DNA of 64,000 nucleotides, taken from assembly GCA_965267575.1 (NCBI GenBank), contig OZ254086.1, positions 4,160,001-4,224,000 on the forward strand, written 5' to 3'. Each line of letters opens with the position of its first letter. The first letter of the stretch is position 1. Source of the DNA: Calditrichales bacterium (GTDB taxonomy: Bacteria; Calditrichota; Calditrichia; Calditrichales; J004). The notes under the pieces were generated by a model, which saw nothing but the letters and a program-made list of their open reading frames with translations, had not been told where the DNA came from and made no database searches. Below, piece by piece: positions 49,885-60,600 of the stretch. Made by a program: the position numbers and the translations under genes.

Positions 49885-50709
49885 TTAAAGAAATTTAAAC
49901 TCGGGGATATACTCAATCAGGCTAAAGTAAAAGGCATAGCGGTAAAACTCGACCAGGGCTTCCTTTTCCAGGTCGCCCAGAACGTAGCTGATTTCACTTT
50001 CCAGAAAATCCCTGTAAACAGGTTTTAAGGATTTATTTGCTGCGCAGGATGCGGCTATCTCTTCCACGTGTTTTCGGCCCTCATCCAAAGATTCCTGCAG
50101 CAGGACAGCCTCTTTTTCAGTTACGCGTGTATTTCGTCCCACCCAGAAACCGTTCACAAAAGGCAGTCCGGTCATTTCATACCACTGCTCGGCCAGGTCA
50201 ATATAATTTTTGTTGGATTGTGTCTCTGCCAGGGCCGCTTCTCCATGCATCAGCACGGCGTCATATTCGCCGAGAAGCTGTTCAAGGCTGCCCTGCTTTT
50301 CCACAATCTCCGGGCGCAGTTCATAGCGCTCACGCAAGACGATCGACAGCAAAGCCCTTTCACTGTAATAGCCGGGGATAACAGCAATTTTTTGCAGGCT
50401 GTGCAGATTGGACTGAAAGAAAAGCGCCACCGTCCGTGATGACCTTTGCCAGTTTTGGCTCATGCCATCAAACACCTGCCAGCCTTCTTTTACGCGTCCA
50501 AATTCTATCGCGGAGATAAAAGCAACATCGGTAAGTTGTTCGCGCGTTTTCAGTGCCGTCTCAGCCGGGCTGTCCGCCGTCAGCTCAATCTGCTTGTTAT
50601 TGTTAAGCGCGTATATAAAAGGCGCACAGAGAATGCTTTTGCCCGCACTTACGCGAAGAGGCTTCTTTTTGCCCGGTACTTTCTGCTTGTACAGGTCCTG
50701 GGGATTCAT
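49885..50709 (-). CDS. mqnA: MqnA-like chorismate dehydratase (futalosine menaquinone pathway family)
   Basis: DLAEQWYEMTGLPFV motif typical of MqnA; otherwise divergent. Confidence 0.7.
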   Translation of the reverse strand: MNPQDLYKQKVPGKKKPLRVSAGKSILCAPFIYALNNNKQIELTADSPAETALKTREQLTDVAFISAIEFGRVKEGWQVFDGMSQNWQRSSRTVALFFQSNLHSLQKIAVIPGYYSERALLSIVLRERYELRPEIVEKQGSLEQLLGEYDAVLMHGEAALAETQSNKNYIDLAEQWYEMTGLPFVNGFWVGRNTRVTEKEAVLLQESLDEGRKHVEEIAASCAANKSLKPVYRDFLESEISYVLGDLEKEALVEFYRYAFYFSLIEYIPEFKFL

Positions 50710-51278
50710 TCTTCTTCACTCAAAAACATGGTTATACCCAAACGCAGAGCCGGGCCGTAAAGCGGAATATTTTCGGGACCGGCATCTGTGCTGGCTATGT
50801 TAATGACCAGTTCGCCGAATGCATCAAAGCCCTCAAACCAGCTGTAACGTGCGCCAAAACTGAGTGAGGGATGAAGTGTTTCGCCTACATAATTATTCTG
50901 AAATCTCGCTTTTCCCGTTACCGATAGCAGGTTTATTCCGATACCCGCGTAAAGGCGCCATAAAGATTGTCGCCTCCACTCCAGCAGGACGTCCAGGCCA
51001 AAGCTGCTTAACTCATAATCCGAATCACCAAAGCCCGGAACCGTGGCCTTATGATCGCTGAAGCTGGTATTATAGCGCAAATGAAAAGCATAACCGGGGG
51101 CAGACCACACGTCATGTCGCAGAAATAGACCGTAGCCCAGCCCACCGTCCAGGCGAATATTTGATTTTTCAGATTCGCTGACGCCGGGATAGTTAAACGC
51201 GCCATGACCACCCAAACCTACCTGGGCCGGTGCAATGATCGGCAATAACAGAGTTGCCATAAAAAAAATTTTAATCAA
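50706..51278 (-). CDS. Outer-membrane beta-barrel domain protein
   Basis: Signal peptide, alternating Gly/aromatic strands, C-terminal LRLGITMF. Start uncertain (51302 or 51278). Confidence 0.6.
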   Translation of the reverse strand: MIKIFFMATLLLPIIAPAQVGLGGHGAFNYPGVSESEKSNIRLDGGLGYGLFLRHDVWSAPGYAFHLRYNTSFSDHKATVPGFGDSDYELSSFGLDVLLEWRRQSLWRLYAGIGINLLSVTGKARFQNNYVGETLHPSLSFGARYSWFEGFDAFGELVINIASTDAGPENIPLYGPALRLGITMFLSEEE

Positions 51279-51747
51279 GCTGAAAGGGAGATTTCGGATC
51301 ATCTTCGTGGCGAATTTCGTCTACGGGTTCTTTTTTGTTTTTACCGGCAAATAATTGATTGGGCACGTTTACTACCCAGCCTTTTTCACCACCAACGTTC
51401 TTATAGGCATGCACAACCCCCGGCGGGATAACAACCGAGCAGGGATTGTCCTGTCCCACGAAGGCGGTCATTCTTTTGCCATAGCTGGCGCTCTGTTCGC
51501 GCGCATCCCACAAATATAACTTAAAGTTAGAAGGCCCAATAAATACAAAATAATCTGTCTGTTGTTCATGCTCGTGCGGCCCGCGCGCCACGCCCGGCAT
51601 GGTCATGCTGATATAGCCCATCACCGGGTAAATGCGCTCATCAATTTCGTCGTGGCGAAAGAACTCGGTCAGCCAGCCGCGATCATCCATATATTTTTTA
51701 AGGCTTTTGATCTCAACATCGTGGATTTTGCCTTTTTCGTAAAACAT
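51271..51747 (-). CDS. dTDP-4-dehydrorhamnose 3,5-epimerase (RmlC-like cupin) family protein
   Basis: DDRGWLTEFFR, PGVARGPHEH, IPPGVVHAY. Confidence 0.85.
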   Translation of the reverse strand: MFYEKGKIHDVEIKSLKKYMDDRGWLTEFFRHDEIDERIYPVMGYISMTMPGVARGPHEHEQQTDYFVFIGPSNFKLYLWDAREQSASYGKRMTAFVGQDNPCSVVIPPGVVHAYKNVGGEKGWVVNVPNQLFAGKNKKEPVDEIRHEDDPKSPFQLD

Positions 51748-51758
51748 CGTTCTTGTCC

Positions 51759-52301
51759 TTATTCGTTAAGTCGGTAATAGATGCTTTCTATCTGCGTGTA
51801 TGAGGGAAAATTTATGGCAATCGAATAGGCCGCCACCACCGCATAAATAATAAAAGATTCCAGATTGCCCGTCAGGATAAAATAAACAAACCCGGAAATG
51901 ACGATCAAATCGGCCAGCGCCCAGGTGAGCATGTAATAGCGGCGGAAAATGATCAACGCTTTGGCCAGATCACTATTTTCTTCGCCCAGTTGCTGTATCA
52001 GATCCTGTACGTCACCGGCCACATTTAGCTCCTTCTTCCCCGCCCTTTCAATTATTTTGGCAGGAGCCAGGTAGGTCCGCTTCACGTAGATGATGGCCAC
52101 TGCACAAATAATCACGATAAACATGGCAATTCGGTCAGCGAGAAACGCATCGACCACACTTTGACCGCTGATCCCCACAAAGGCCATGATCAACCCGATT
52201 ACAATCAACACCAAAGCGCCGCCGGCTACCGCATACCACATAATGCGATTTACACGATGCACCGCGCGCAGCTTGCTTAGTATTTCCTGTTCACTATTCA
52301 A
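51759..52301 (-). CDS. Hypothetical membrane protein (about 4 TM)
   Basis: Four hydrophobic segments. TTG start with GGGGAG SD overlapping the upstream stop. Confidence 0.65.
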   Translation of the reverse strand: MNSEQEILSKLRAVHRVNRIMWYAVAGGALVLIVIGLIMAFVGISGQSVVDAFLADRIAMFIVIICAVAIIYVKRTYLAPAKIIERAGKKELNVAGDVQDLIQQLGEENSDLAKALIIFRRYYMLTWALADLIVISGFVYFILTGNLESFIIYAVVAAYSIAINFPSYTQIESIYYRLNE

Positions 52302-53697
52302 TGTAGATACTCCCCTGCCCCGCAATAGCCGGCAGTTCTTTTTTACGGTTTAACAACGTCTCTTTGTCGGGGGCAAAAAGCGGACTGATCTCAACCTCGA
52401 CGGCGGGATCACCCTGCTCATTAACGGGGATATCGAGACCGGCTTCACGCAGCCAGGAAGCATGCAGGCGCAGTAAATCGCGGCGAACGGTGTCAGGGCT
52501 GTCGACGCCGCTGTCGTTTTTTAACGCGCTGAACTCTTCTTCACGAAGCACTTCGATGGTGGCGCTGTGCCGGCAATGTTTCAAAGCATCAAAAATAAAT
52601 GTTTCAAATTTGTAAGCGTTTTTGCCTTTCGGGTTGTGCGGGCGTCCCGAACAATCCACATAAGGCACGTTTTTCTCGGCAATATGATAGGGAAGCCGGA
52701 AACCGAAAGCGTTCTCCTGCTCTATAAAATTTACACTGATCATATGCGTGGCGATGGAACCGGCCCAGTATTTGAGCTCTCCGCGGGCATCCGTGGCAAA
52801 CATGTCCTCTCTTTTCAGGTCGCTGTACTCCATTAGCCCGGTCTGGCCGTCCAGCTCGCAAATAACACCCATTTTTTCCTCAGGGTAAGCTTTGCGTACT
52901 ACTTTGTTGGACATGTCCGCGTCAGCATCCAAATGATAACCGATAAAGGCCGGATCACAAATATAGGTAAGCACGTTATCCACCTGGAAATAAAAAAGCT
53001 GCTCAATTCCTCTGCCGCGCATGTCCTCGAGCGCTCCGCTGTCCCAAATGGCTTTAAGCGCGCCGCCATGACCATTCGGGCTCATAAAGATGCGGTCCCT
53101 GCTCTCAAGCAGAATTTTTCCATCCTTGTCTACTGCCGGTAACATATCCTGTTTGAAAAACATGATGTCGCTTTTCTTCAGACCAAAAAAATTATTCTTC
53201 CTAAAAAAATCGATGGTGTCTTTATGATTGGATTGGCTGGTCATAATATACCAGGGTATCGATACACCGTAGTGCCTATTGGCAGCCACGATCTTCTCGG
53301 CGTGCACCTGGAACAGTGATTTTTTCTTTACCGGCGTAACACGGAAAATCCCTTTAGGCCCTTCAAAGCCAAGGCGTGATCCCTGACCGCCGGCCACCAG
53401 AAAAGCAGCTACTTTACCGGCCGCCAGAAGCTGCTCTCCTTTCGCTTGCATTGCGGCGTCTTTTTTGTTCCGAGCGGCCATACTCAGTACGTCGCCGGGT
53501 TTCATTTTCGCTTTATGCGCCTTTTCCCCATGCGAGATCAGAGCTTTCTTAATAAGCTCTTCGAGCAGTTCAAAATCGGTAGAATTAATCTGATTAATAA
53601 ATGCTTTTTTTTGCTCGTCCGAATATTCGTCCCAAAAACAAAGCAGGTGCTCCTGCCCGTACCTGTGCAGTTTTTTTTCCAGGGTCGTTTTGTCCAT
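52294..53697 (-). CDS. UDPGP type-1 family UDP-N-acetylglucosamine/UDP-sugar pyrophosphorylase (eukaryote-like UAP)
   Basis: AGGQGSRLGFEGPKG, WYIMTS, SPNGHGG, QVDN, MEYSD, KFETFIFDAL, EEFSALKN. Confidence 0.9.
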   Translation of the reverse strand: MDKTTLEKKLHRYGQEHLLCFWDEYSDEQKKAFINQINSTDFELLEELIKKALISHGEKAHKAKMKPGDVLSMAARNKKDAAMQAKGEQLLAAGKVAAFLVAGGQGSRLGFEGPKGIFRVTPVKKKSLFQVHAEKIVAANRHYGVSIPWYIMTSQSNHKDTIDFFRKNNFFGLKKSDIMFFKQDMLPAVDKDGKILLESRDRIFMSPNGHGGALKAIWDSGALEDMRGRGIEQLFYFQVDNVLTYICDPAFIGYHLDADADMSNKVVRKAYPEEKMGVICELDGQTGLMEYSDLKREDMFATDARGELKYWAGSIATHMISVNFIEQENAFGFRLPYHIAEKNVPYVDCSGRPHNPKGKNAYKFETFIFDALKHCRHSATIEVLREEEFSALKNDSGVDSPDTVRRDLLRLHASWLREAGLDIPVNEQGDPAVEVEISPLFAPDKETLLNRKKELPAIAGQGSIYIE

Positions 53698-53781
53698 ATG
53701 CCTTTCGATTTTTTTAATGCAGGTGCAAATGTAAATTTTTTAGCAATCCCATGAAAATAATATTGGGGGATGCTGGCGTGA

Positions 53782-55980
53782 TTATACGTCGATATCCATC
53801 ACAACAAGGGTGAGATCGTCTTCGAAGCTGTCCGAACCGGTGTATTTCTTTAAATCATCAACAATACATCCGAGATATTCATCGGGTTTTTGCGCGGCAT
53901 ATTTTTTGAGGTTTTCCTTAACTTTCTCTTCACCATACTGGCGTTCTTTTTTATCGATTGCCTCCGGCAGACCGTCCGTATAGATCAACAACCTATAGCG
54001 GCCATTGAACTCGAATTGTTTTTTCTCATAGGTGATCGTATCCATCACGCCAAGCAGAAACCCTTCGGAATCGAGGCTAATCACCTCGCCGCTGCTATAA
54101 TGATACAGTAACGGCAACGGATGTGCGGCATTGCTGTATATCAGCCGTTTTGTGTGGGTATCGATGATCGCGTAAAAGGCAGTAAAGAAATCGCCCATTT
54201 GCAGCACGTTGCAAAAATCCTTGTTCAGTTTGCTGAAAACGCTTGCCGGGTCGAGGTCTGTGGGCGCGTATTTGCCCAGCGTCATTTTAAACATCGCCGA
54301 CAGCATGGCCGAGGCGACGCCATGCCCGGAAGCATCGGCAACCATAACGCCGATATAGCGCTCATCGATGGGAAACACGTCGTAATAATCACCGCCCAGC
54401 TGGCTGGAAGGTGAGAAGGAAGCGCTGAACGTATAATTTTTATGCTCGGGCAGGCGCGAAGGCAGCAGGCTTTTTTGAAAATCTCCGGCCTTTTTCAGGT
54501 CCTGGATCATTTTCTCGTTTTGCTTAACAATGATCTCCTGCTGCGACTCGATATTGGTCAACGCTTCCTTAAGCTCGCTGGCCTGCTTCTCCAAAAGCTG
54601 GTTCTGGGAAGTGATCCGTTCCATCAACTCGATGCGCTCAAAGGCAATAGCGAGGTATTCGGCAATGGCCTCAAGCATAAAAATATCCGCGTCATCCAGC
54701 TCCATTTTTACGGAATTTTCGATCGTAAAAAGGCCAAAGATGCGTTTTTTGACCTTTATGGGCAGAGCATAAACCGACTGTGGGTCCTTAGTCAGGCCCT
54801 CCTCAAAATGCGGAGATTTGCGAACTTCCGCGAAGAGTGCCGCTTCACCGCTTTTAAAGACATGACCAATCAGGTCAAGCCCCGGTTCAAATTCCGCCCC
54901 TATCGGGTATTCATCCAAAACGTACTTCGATGCCAGGCCATGCGTGTAGCGCAAAACCAACTTGTCTTTGCTTTTAGAGTAGAGAAAAAAGGAGACCTGG
55001 GCCGATTCAAAAAACGTTTTTACCAGGCCGGAACCAATGAATTCCAGAAGCTGTTTCACTTCCCTGCTTACAGCTACAATCTTGCCGATCTCATTGATCG
55101 TTTGCACCTGCAGGTAACGTTTTTCCAGCAGCCGGTCGCTTTTGGCCTTTTCAGTTATATCATAAAAGCTTTCTATCCCGCCGATGATCTCATTCTCCGG
55201 GTTGCGCAGAATATTGGCGTTGCGGCTAATAATCCGGATGCGCTGTTTGCGCGTTAAAATCTGGCTGACGACATTTTGCCGCGGTTGACCGATGGAGCCG
55301 TCTTTGTGGCTGATAAGATGGTTATCAAAAACAAAAATGTCTTTGAGGGCGCTGCCGATTGTTTCGCCGGCCGGATGGCCCGTTATCTTGGTGGCCTCAT
55401 CATTCCAGGAGGTAATGATGCCGTCACGGTCATAGGTGACCGTAGCGTTGGGCGAGTTTTGTATGATGGTTTCCAGGAATTCCTTGTTATGCCGGACTTC
55501 CTTAAACAGCACCTCGAGTTGCATGGTGTAGGCACGCAATTCGTTTTTCAGACGCATGTGTTCTTCGGCCTTGCGCACAGCCAGCAAAAGCACTTCCATA
55601 TCAACCGGCTTCTGCAGGAAATCCGTGGCATTTTGCTTAAGCGCCATCACCGCGGCATTCATGTCACCGTGGCCGGTCAGAACGATCGTCTCGGTCTGGT
55701 TGTCATTTTCACGGATGATTTTAAGCAGATCCAGCCCGCTCATGCCGGGCATATAAATATCCAGAATGATGATACCCGGCTTAAGCGACTTGTAAACCTC
55801 CAGCGCTTCGGTAGCATCACCGGCCGTATAGACATTATAATTTTCGGAACTGAGAAAACTGCGGATCGTCTCGCGGATGGACTCTTCATCGTCCACAACA
55901 AGGACCGTGCTCTGAAGATCGCCGTTATTATTTGTATTGAGGGTTTTTACGTCCTGTTCAAAAAGCTCTAACCAGCCCAT
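53782..55980 (-). CDS. Receiver-PAS-GAF-SpoIIE (PP2C, RsbU-like) phosphatase
   Basis: VVDDE/LDIYMPG receiver, PAS (WNDEATKITG), GAF, GGDYYD, ADASGHG, YTDGLPE, EDDLTL. Confidence 0.92.
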   Translation of the reverse strand: MGWLELFEQDVKTLNTNNNGDLQSTVLVVDDEESIRETIRSFLSSENYNVYTAGDATEALEVYKSLKPGIIILDIYMPGMSGLDLLKIIRENDNQTETIVLTGHGDMNAAVMALKQNATDFLQKPVDMEVLLLAVRKAEEHMRLKNELRAYTMQLEVLFKEVRHNKEFLETIIQNSPNATVTYDRDGIITSWNDEATKITGHPAGETIGSALKDIFVFDNHLISHKDGSIGQPRQNVVSQILTRKQRIRIISRNANILRNPENEIIGGIESFYDITEKAKSDRLLEKRYLQVQTINEIGKIVAVSREVKQLLEFIGSGLVKTFFESAQVSFFLYSKSKDKLVLRYTHGLASKYVLDEYPIGAEFEPGLDLIGHVFKSGEAALFAEVRKSPHFEEGLTKDPQSVYALPIKVKKRIFGLFTIENSVKMELDDADIFMLEAIAEYLAIAFERIELMERITSQNQLLEKQASELKEALTNIESQQEIIVKQNEKMIQDLKKAGDFQKSLLPSRLPEHKNYTFSASFSPSSQLGGDYYDVFPIDERYIGVMVADASGHGVASAMLSAMFKMTLGKYAPTDLDPASVFSKLNKDFCNVLQMGDFFTAFYAIIDTHTKRLIYSNAAHPLPLLYHYSSGEVISLDSEGFLLGVMDTITYEKKQFEFNGRYRLLIYTDGLPEAIDKKERQYGEEKVKENLKKYAAQKPDEYLGCIVDDLKKYTGSDSFEDDLTLVVMDIDV

Positions 55981-56077
55981 TCCTGCTCTGCTAAATTTAT
56001 CATTTTGATATTGGATAAATCGGCGGGATTGTATGGCGCTTGACCTTTAGCAGCCATTTTGCACAGAAGCAACAGGC

Positions 56078-56836
56078 CTAATACTTAACCGGCTTGGGCT
56101 GGACGGGGCCTTCCGTTTCAGCATTGATAAACTGTTTGACAACCTCGTTGCTGGTAGTGTGCATATCGTGAACGCTGCCGGAAAAGATAATACGGCCATG
56201 ATGCAGCATAACAACGCGGTCGGCAACTTTTGCCACACTCTGCATATCATGGGTAACAACAATGGAGGTAACATTCAGCTTTTCGGATAGTTCGATGATC
56301 AGTTTGTCAATATAGGCTGCCATAATAGGGTCAAGACCTGTGGTCGGTTCGTCATAAAGAATATATTTAGGTTCCAGGATGATCGCCCGGGCCAGGCCAA
56401 CCCTTTTGCGCATACCGCCTGAAAGTTCAGAAGGCCTGAGGTCTTCAATACCGGGCAAACCGACCATCTCCAGCTTTTCAGCCACGGCGCGGGCCATATC
56501 TTTGGGCGACATATCGGTATGTTCAACCAGCGGCAGACTGATATTTTCCGCAACCGACATGCTGTCAAACAACGCCGCGCTTTGGAACAAAAAACCAAAC
56601 TGCCGTCTCAGTCTGAAAAGGTCTTGTTGCGCCACGCGCTTTATGGCAATATCGTCAACAAGAATATAGCCGTCATCCGGATAAAGGAGGTTTAAAATAA
56701 GCTTCAGCAGTACGCTTTTTCCGCAGCCGCTGCGGCCAATGATAACAAGCTTTTCACCGTCGTAGATCTCCAGATCCACGCCCCGCAAAACCACCTTGCT
56801 GTCAAAATATTTTTTTATGTTGCTGATCGTTATCAT
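56078..56836 (-). CDS. mlaF: MlaF/Mkl-type ABC transporter ATP-binding protein
   Basis: GRSGCGKS, FQSAALFDS, LSGGMRKRVGLARA, YDEPTTGLDP. Confidence 0.9.
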   Translation of the reverse strand: MITISNIKKYFDSKVVLRGVDLEIYDGEKLVIIGRSGCGKSVLLKLILNLLYPDDGYILVDDIAIKRVAQQDLFRLRRQFGFLFQSAALFDSMSVAENISLPLVEHTDMSPKDMARAVAEKLEMVGLPGIEDLRPSELSGGMRKRVGLARAIILEPKYILYDEPTTGLDPIMAAYIDKLIIELSEKLNVTSIVVTHDMQSVAKVADRVVMLHHGRIIFSGSVHDMHTTSNEVVKQFINAETEGPVQPKPVKY

Positions 56837-56841
56837 GTCAT

Positions 56842-57612
56842 TTAGAAAATGATGACTGAAAGGATATAGTCGTTTAAAAGGATCATCGCGGACGACAAGA
56901 CAAAGGCACGGATGGTTGATTTGCCGACTCCTTCCGCGCCGCCACTTGTTTCAAAGCCCACATAACACCCTATGATCGCCGTAATGCCGCCAAAAAAGAA
57001 CGCTTTGATCAAACCGCTCATAACATTCAAAATAGAAAAAAAGTCCTGAACGCTGCCAAAAAAAGTCTCGGCGGCCAGCCCCAGATTTAGCCATGCTACC
57101 CCGTAGGCACCCAATATCCCGACAAAATCGGCAAAAATGGTCAGCATGGGAATCATTATAAAACCGCTGAAAATGCGCGGCATCGCCAGGTAACGCACGG
57201 GATCTATCGCCAGGGCGTTAAGGGCGTCGATCTGCTCAGTCACTTTCATTGTGCCGATCTCGGCCGCAATGGAAGCACCAACCCGACCGGCAATAACCAG
57301 CGCCGTTAATACCGGCCCCAGCTCAATGAAAATAGCCACGCTGGTAGCGGCGCCAAGATAGTTGTAGGAAATGTAGCCTTTAAGCTGATAGGCCGTTTGA
57401 ACCGAAGCCACGGCCCCGGCAAAAATACCGACAAACAGAACAAGGGGGATTGAGTTTACACCTATTTCGAGCATCTGCTCGAAAACCAGCCTGCGGTTGG
57501 CCCAAATTACACGGAGATATTTCGCAGCCTGCCATACCAAAATGAAAACGCGGCCGGTTTCTTCAACAAAATTGATTGTCTTTCTGCCGACCGCCGTTAT
57601 CAGGTAGGTCAT
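56842..57612 (-). CDS. mlaE: MlaE-family ABC transporter permease
   Basis: ELGPVLTALVIAGRVGASIAAEIGTMKVTEQIDAL, GGAEGVG. Confidence 0.93.
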   Translation of the reverse strand: MTYLITAVGRKTINFVEETGRVFILVWQAAKYLRVIWANRRLVFEQMLEIGVNSIPLVLFVGIFAGAVASVQTAYQLKGYISYNYLGAATSVAIFIELGPVLTALVIAGRVGASIAAEIGTMKVTEQIDALNALAIDPVRYLAMPRIFSGFIMIPMLTIFADFVGILGAYGVAWLNLGLAAETFFGSVQDFFSILNVMSGLIKAFFFGGITAIIGCYVGFETSGGAEGVGKSTIRAFVLSSAMILLNDYILSVIIF

Positions 57613-57630
57613 GAAGCCTCGGATTTTGTA

Positions 57631-60600
57631 CTAGAAATCGATTCCTATAGAAAAATAGTGTCTGGCTCTGCTTGAATTCTGAAAGTCATATTGCCAGGCC
57701 AAGTCGTATTTTAATAAAAATCCGAATAAAAAGATACGGGCACCGGTACCATAACCCATAAAAATATCCTCTGTCCGGCCGTCACGAACGCCGCGAAAAC
57801 CACTGTTATCGTCCCAGGCACTACCGATGTCCGTAAAAGCCACACCAATAATATTTCCAAAGCGAATAGGTGGAAGCCCCAGCTCCATGTAGGGGATCAA
57901 AGGAAAACGAAATTCCGCGTTAACGAGGCTGAAGCGGGTGCCTATCTGCTCATAAAAACGGGCGCCGCGCAGAGGGGTTACAAACTCCGAGAAGTAAACC
58001 TCCTCGATGGAATCGAGACGTCTTTCCAGGCCACCGTTAAAGCGTCGGTTCAGCCAGTTCTCCGTTCCGCCAAGAAAAAACTGCTGCGGTTGGGCGCCAA
58101 GACTTATACCGCCCGTATAGCGGAAAGCCAATCGGTAATTTTGCGCCAACTTAACATACTTACGCAGATCTGTTTTTACCGTTGTAAACTCAAAACTGCT
58201 TTCGGTGTACTTTGGACTGGCCGTAATGCTCAGCGCGCCACGGAAGCCGTCACCCGGACCGGTGTACCACCATTCTGCGGTGTCGTGAACAAGCTGCAGG
58301 CTGGGCAATAATCCGGAGACTTTTGTGCGTCCCTGATATCCTTCCGGCGTACCGCTCAGAAATTCCAACTGCGCATTTACAAAATTCAAAGAGAAGTCTG
58401 CCCTCGTAAATTTGTTAAACGGCCGCGATGCGATAAACGAAGCCCCATAATTACGGAAGCGTGTTACACCGGTACTTCGCGTCACATACGTGTTGGCAAA
58501 GTGATAAGCATTAACGCCATAATCGATACGCTTAGGCAGGTACCAGTATTGCGCGGCGATATAGCTGTTGCGCAAATCAAATACAAGATTGGTTCCCAAG
58601 TAGATCCTGTGATTACCCAAAACGTCACTGTATGCTATTTGCGTAAAGCCCTGAAAGCCCCACAATGTATTATATTGCGCCTGACCATTTACAATATCCG
58701 GCGAAAATTTAACTCTGTAATTGCGGACTTTATAATTGCCGTCATCGCGCTTGTAATCTTCTTCATCGAGCGTAATGTCTTCAGGCTTTTTTTGCGTTCT
58801 TCTGTCCAGATCGGCAAAAACATAATTGCTGAAATCAGTGGTCTTTGGAATGGCCACCTTTTCTTTCAGCGTATCCTGAACGGTTTCTTCTTCGGCCAGC
58901 TCATTTACCGTGCTCAGCAAGCTGCTTTTGTCCTCCAGCTTTTTAAAGTAGACTGTGTTTTCCAATTCCTGCGCCGGCATTTCAAAAGGATTTTTCACCA
59001 TAAAAACATCCCAGCCACCTTCGCTAAAAGAAGAAAAGGCGAGAGTCTGGCCGGATTTATCAATGGAGAGCTGGAAAGCACCGGTTAACAAGTTAGAAAT
59101 AGGATAGCTTTCTGCGCTTTTCAGGTCATGAACATAAATATTATAGATACCGTTTCTGTCGCTTACGTAGAGCATCTTATTACCGTCGGGCGAAAAGACG
59201 GGGTCCGTTTCATTGAAGTTTTCAGTGTCGGTTACGCGCGTAATTTCACCCGTTTCAACATCGGCAAAGTAGATGTCGTGGTTCAGATACTGGTGCGTCG
59301 ATATTTTAAAATCTTCGGGCACTTCTTCCATGGACAGGTATTGCCCGCGATCCGATACAAATGCTATCTTTTTCCCATCCTGGGACCAGGCCGGGTAACT
59401 GTCTGAAAACATGTCATCTGTCAGCCTTTGCAATTCTTCCGTGCGTACATCATATATATATACATCGCTTGCGCCGTTGATATTGCCGATAAAGGCAATC
59501 TGTTCACCAGCGGGCGACCATGCAGCAGAAAAGATTCCATCCAGACCAAACTTGAATTGCTTCGTTTCTTCCGTAAATACATCATAGACGTACAATGCGT
59601 CCTGATCGCCGGCCTTGGCCGAAAGAGCGATACGTGTCGCATCGGGGGACCAGCCCATGCCGGGACTTAGCCAGTGCAGCTCCTCAAAATCAACATCCGT
59701 CTCACCCTGTATTATTTTTTCGGGCTCTTTGGGATTCAGCACGTCCATAACATAAATGCTTTGCTTACCGCCCATGTTTGAGAGAAAGGCCAGTTTATCG
59801 CCGCTTGGTGAAAGTGCCGGGCTTATGTTTAGAAAACTGCGTGTTTCCTTATGATCGGTCAGCGCCCGCGCGAAGTCACCGGTCTCCTGGCGGTCCGCAA
59901 TATCGGGCCAGTACTCCTTGCGCATTTCCTTACGCCAGTTTTCGGAAAGCTCTTCCAGGTCAATGCCCAGGGCCGATTTAAATGCGGAATCAAAACGGAA
60001 ACTTCCTTTGATTTTATGAAGGATCTCACCAATCTTTTCGTTGCCGTACTTTTCTGCTATATAACGGAAAAGGCTGGCGCCGCCCTGATAAGCGAGGTAA
60101 TAATTCAGAAGGGGAATTGAAGGGAGATAGCCGGTAATGGTAGCATCTCGAACGACCATATCAAGCTTTGTATCCCAGCGTAAAGAGAGGTATTCTGCCA
60201 GACCTTCGGAAAACCACAGGGGCACGGGAGCCACCTGGCCTGAAACGAGCGACTGAATCGAGCCGCCGTAAAGCATATCGTTCATAACTGCGTGTACGAG
60301 TTCGTGATGGATTACATGACGAAACTGCTCCCATGATCCTTCAAAAGGCACTACGACACGGTTTTTGAACAATTCGGTTACGCCGCCAATACCTTCGCTC
60401 AGATAAACGTTAACAACGTTTGTTTGCTGAAAATCGTTATGTGATTTATAGAGAATAATGGACACGCGTTCAGCAAGTTCATAGTTGAAATCACGCTTAA
60501 GAAGCTTATAGGCATCTTCCCCGACATTTGCGGCAAAAACAGCTATGTCATATGAACCGGGATAAAAATAAATATCAAAATGTTCGGTTTGCAGAAAATG

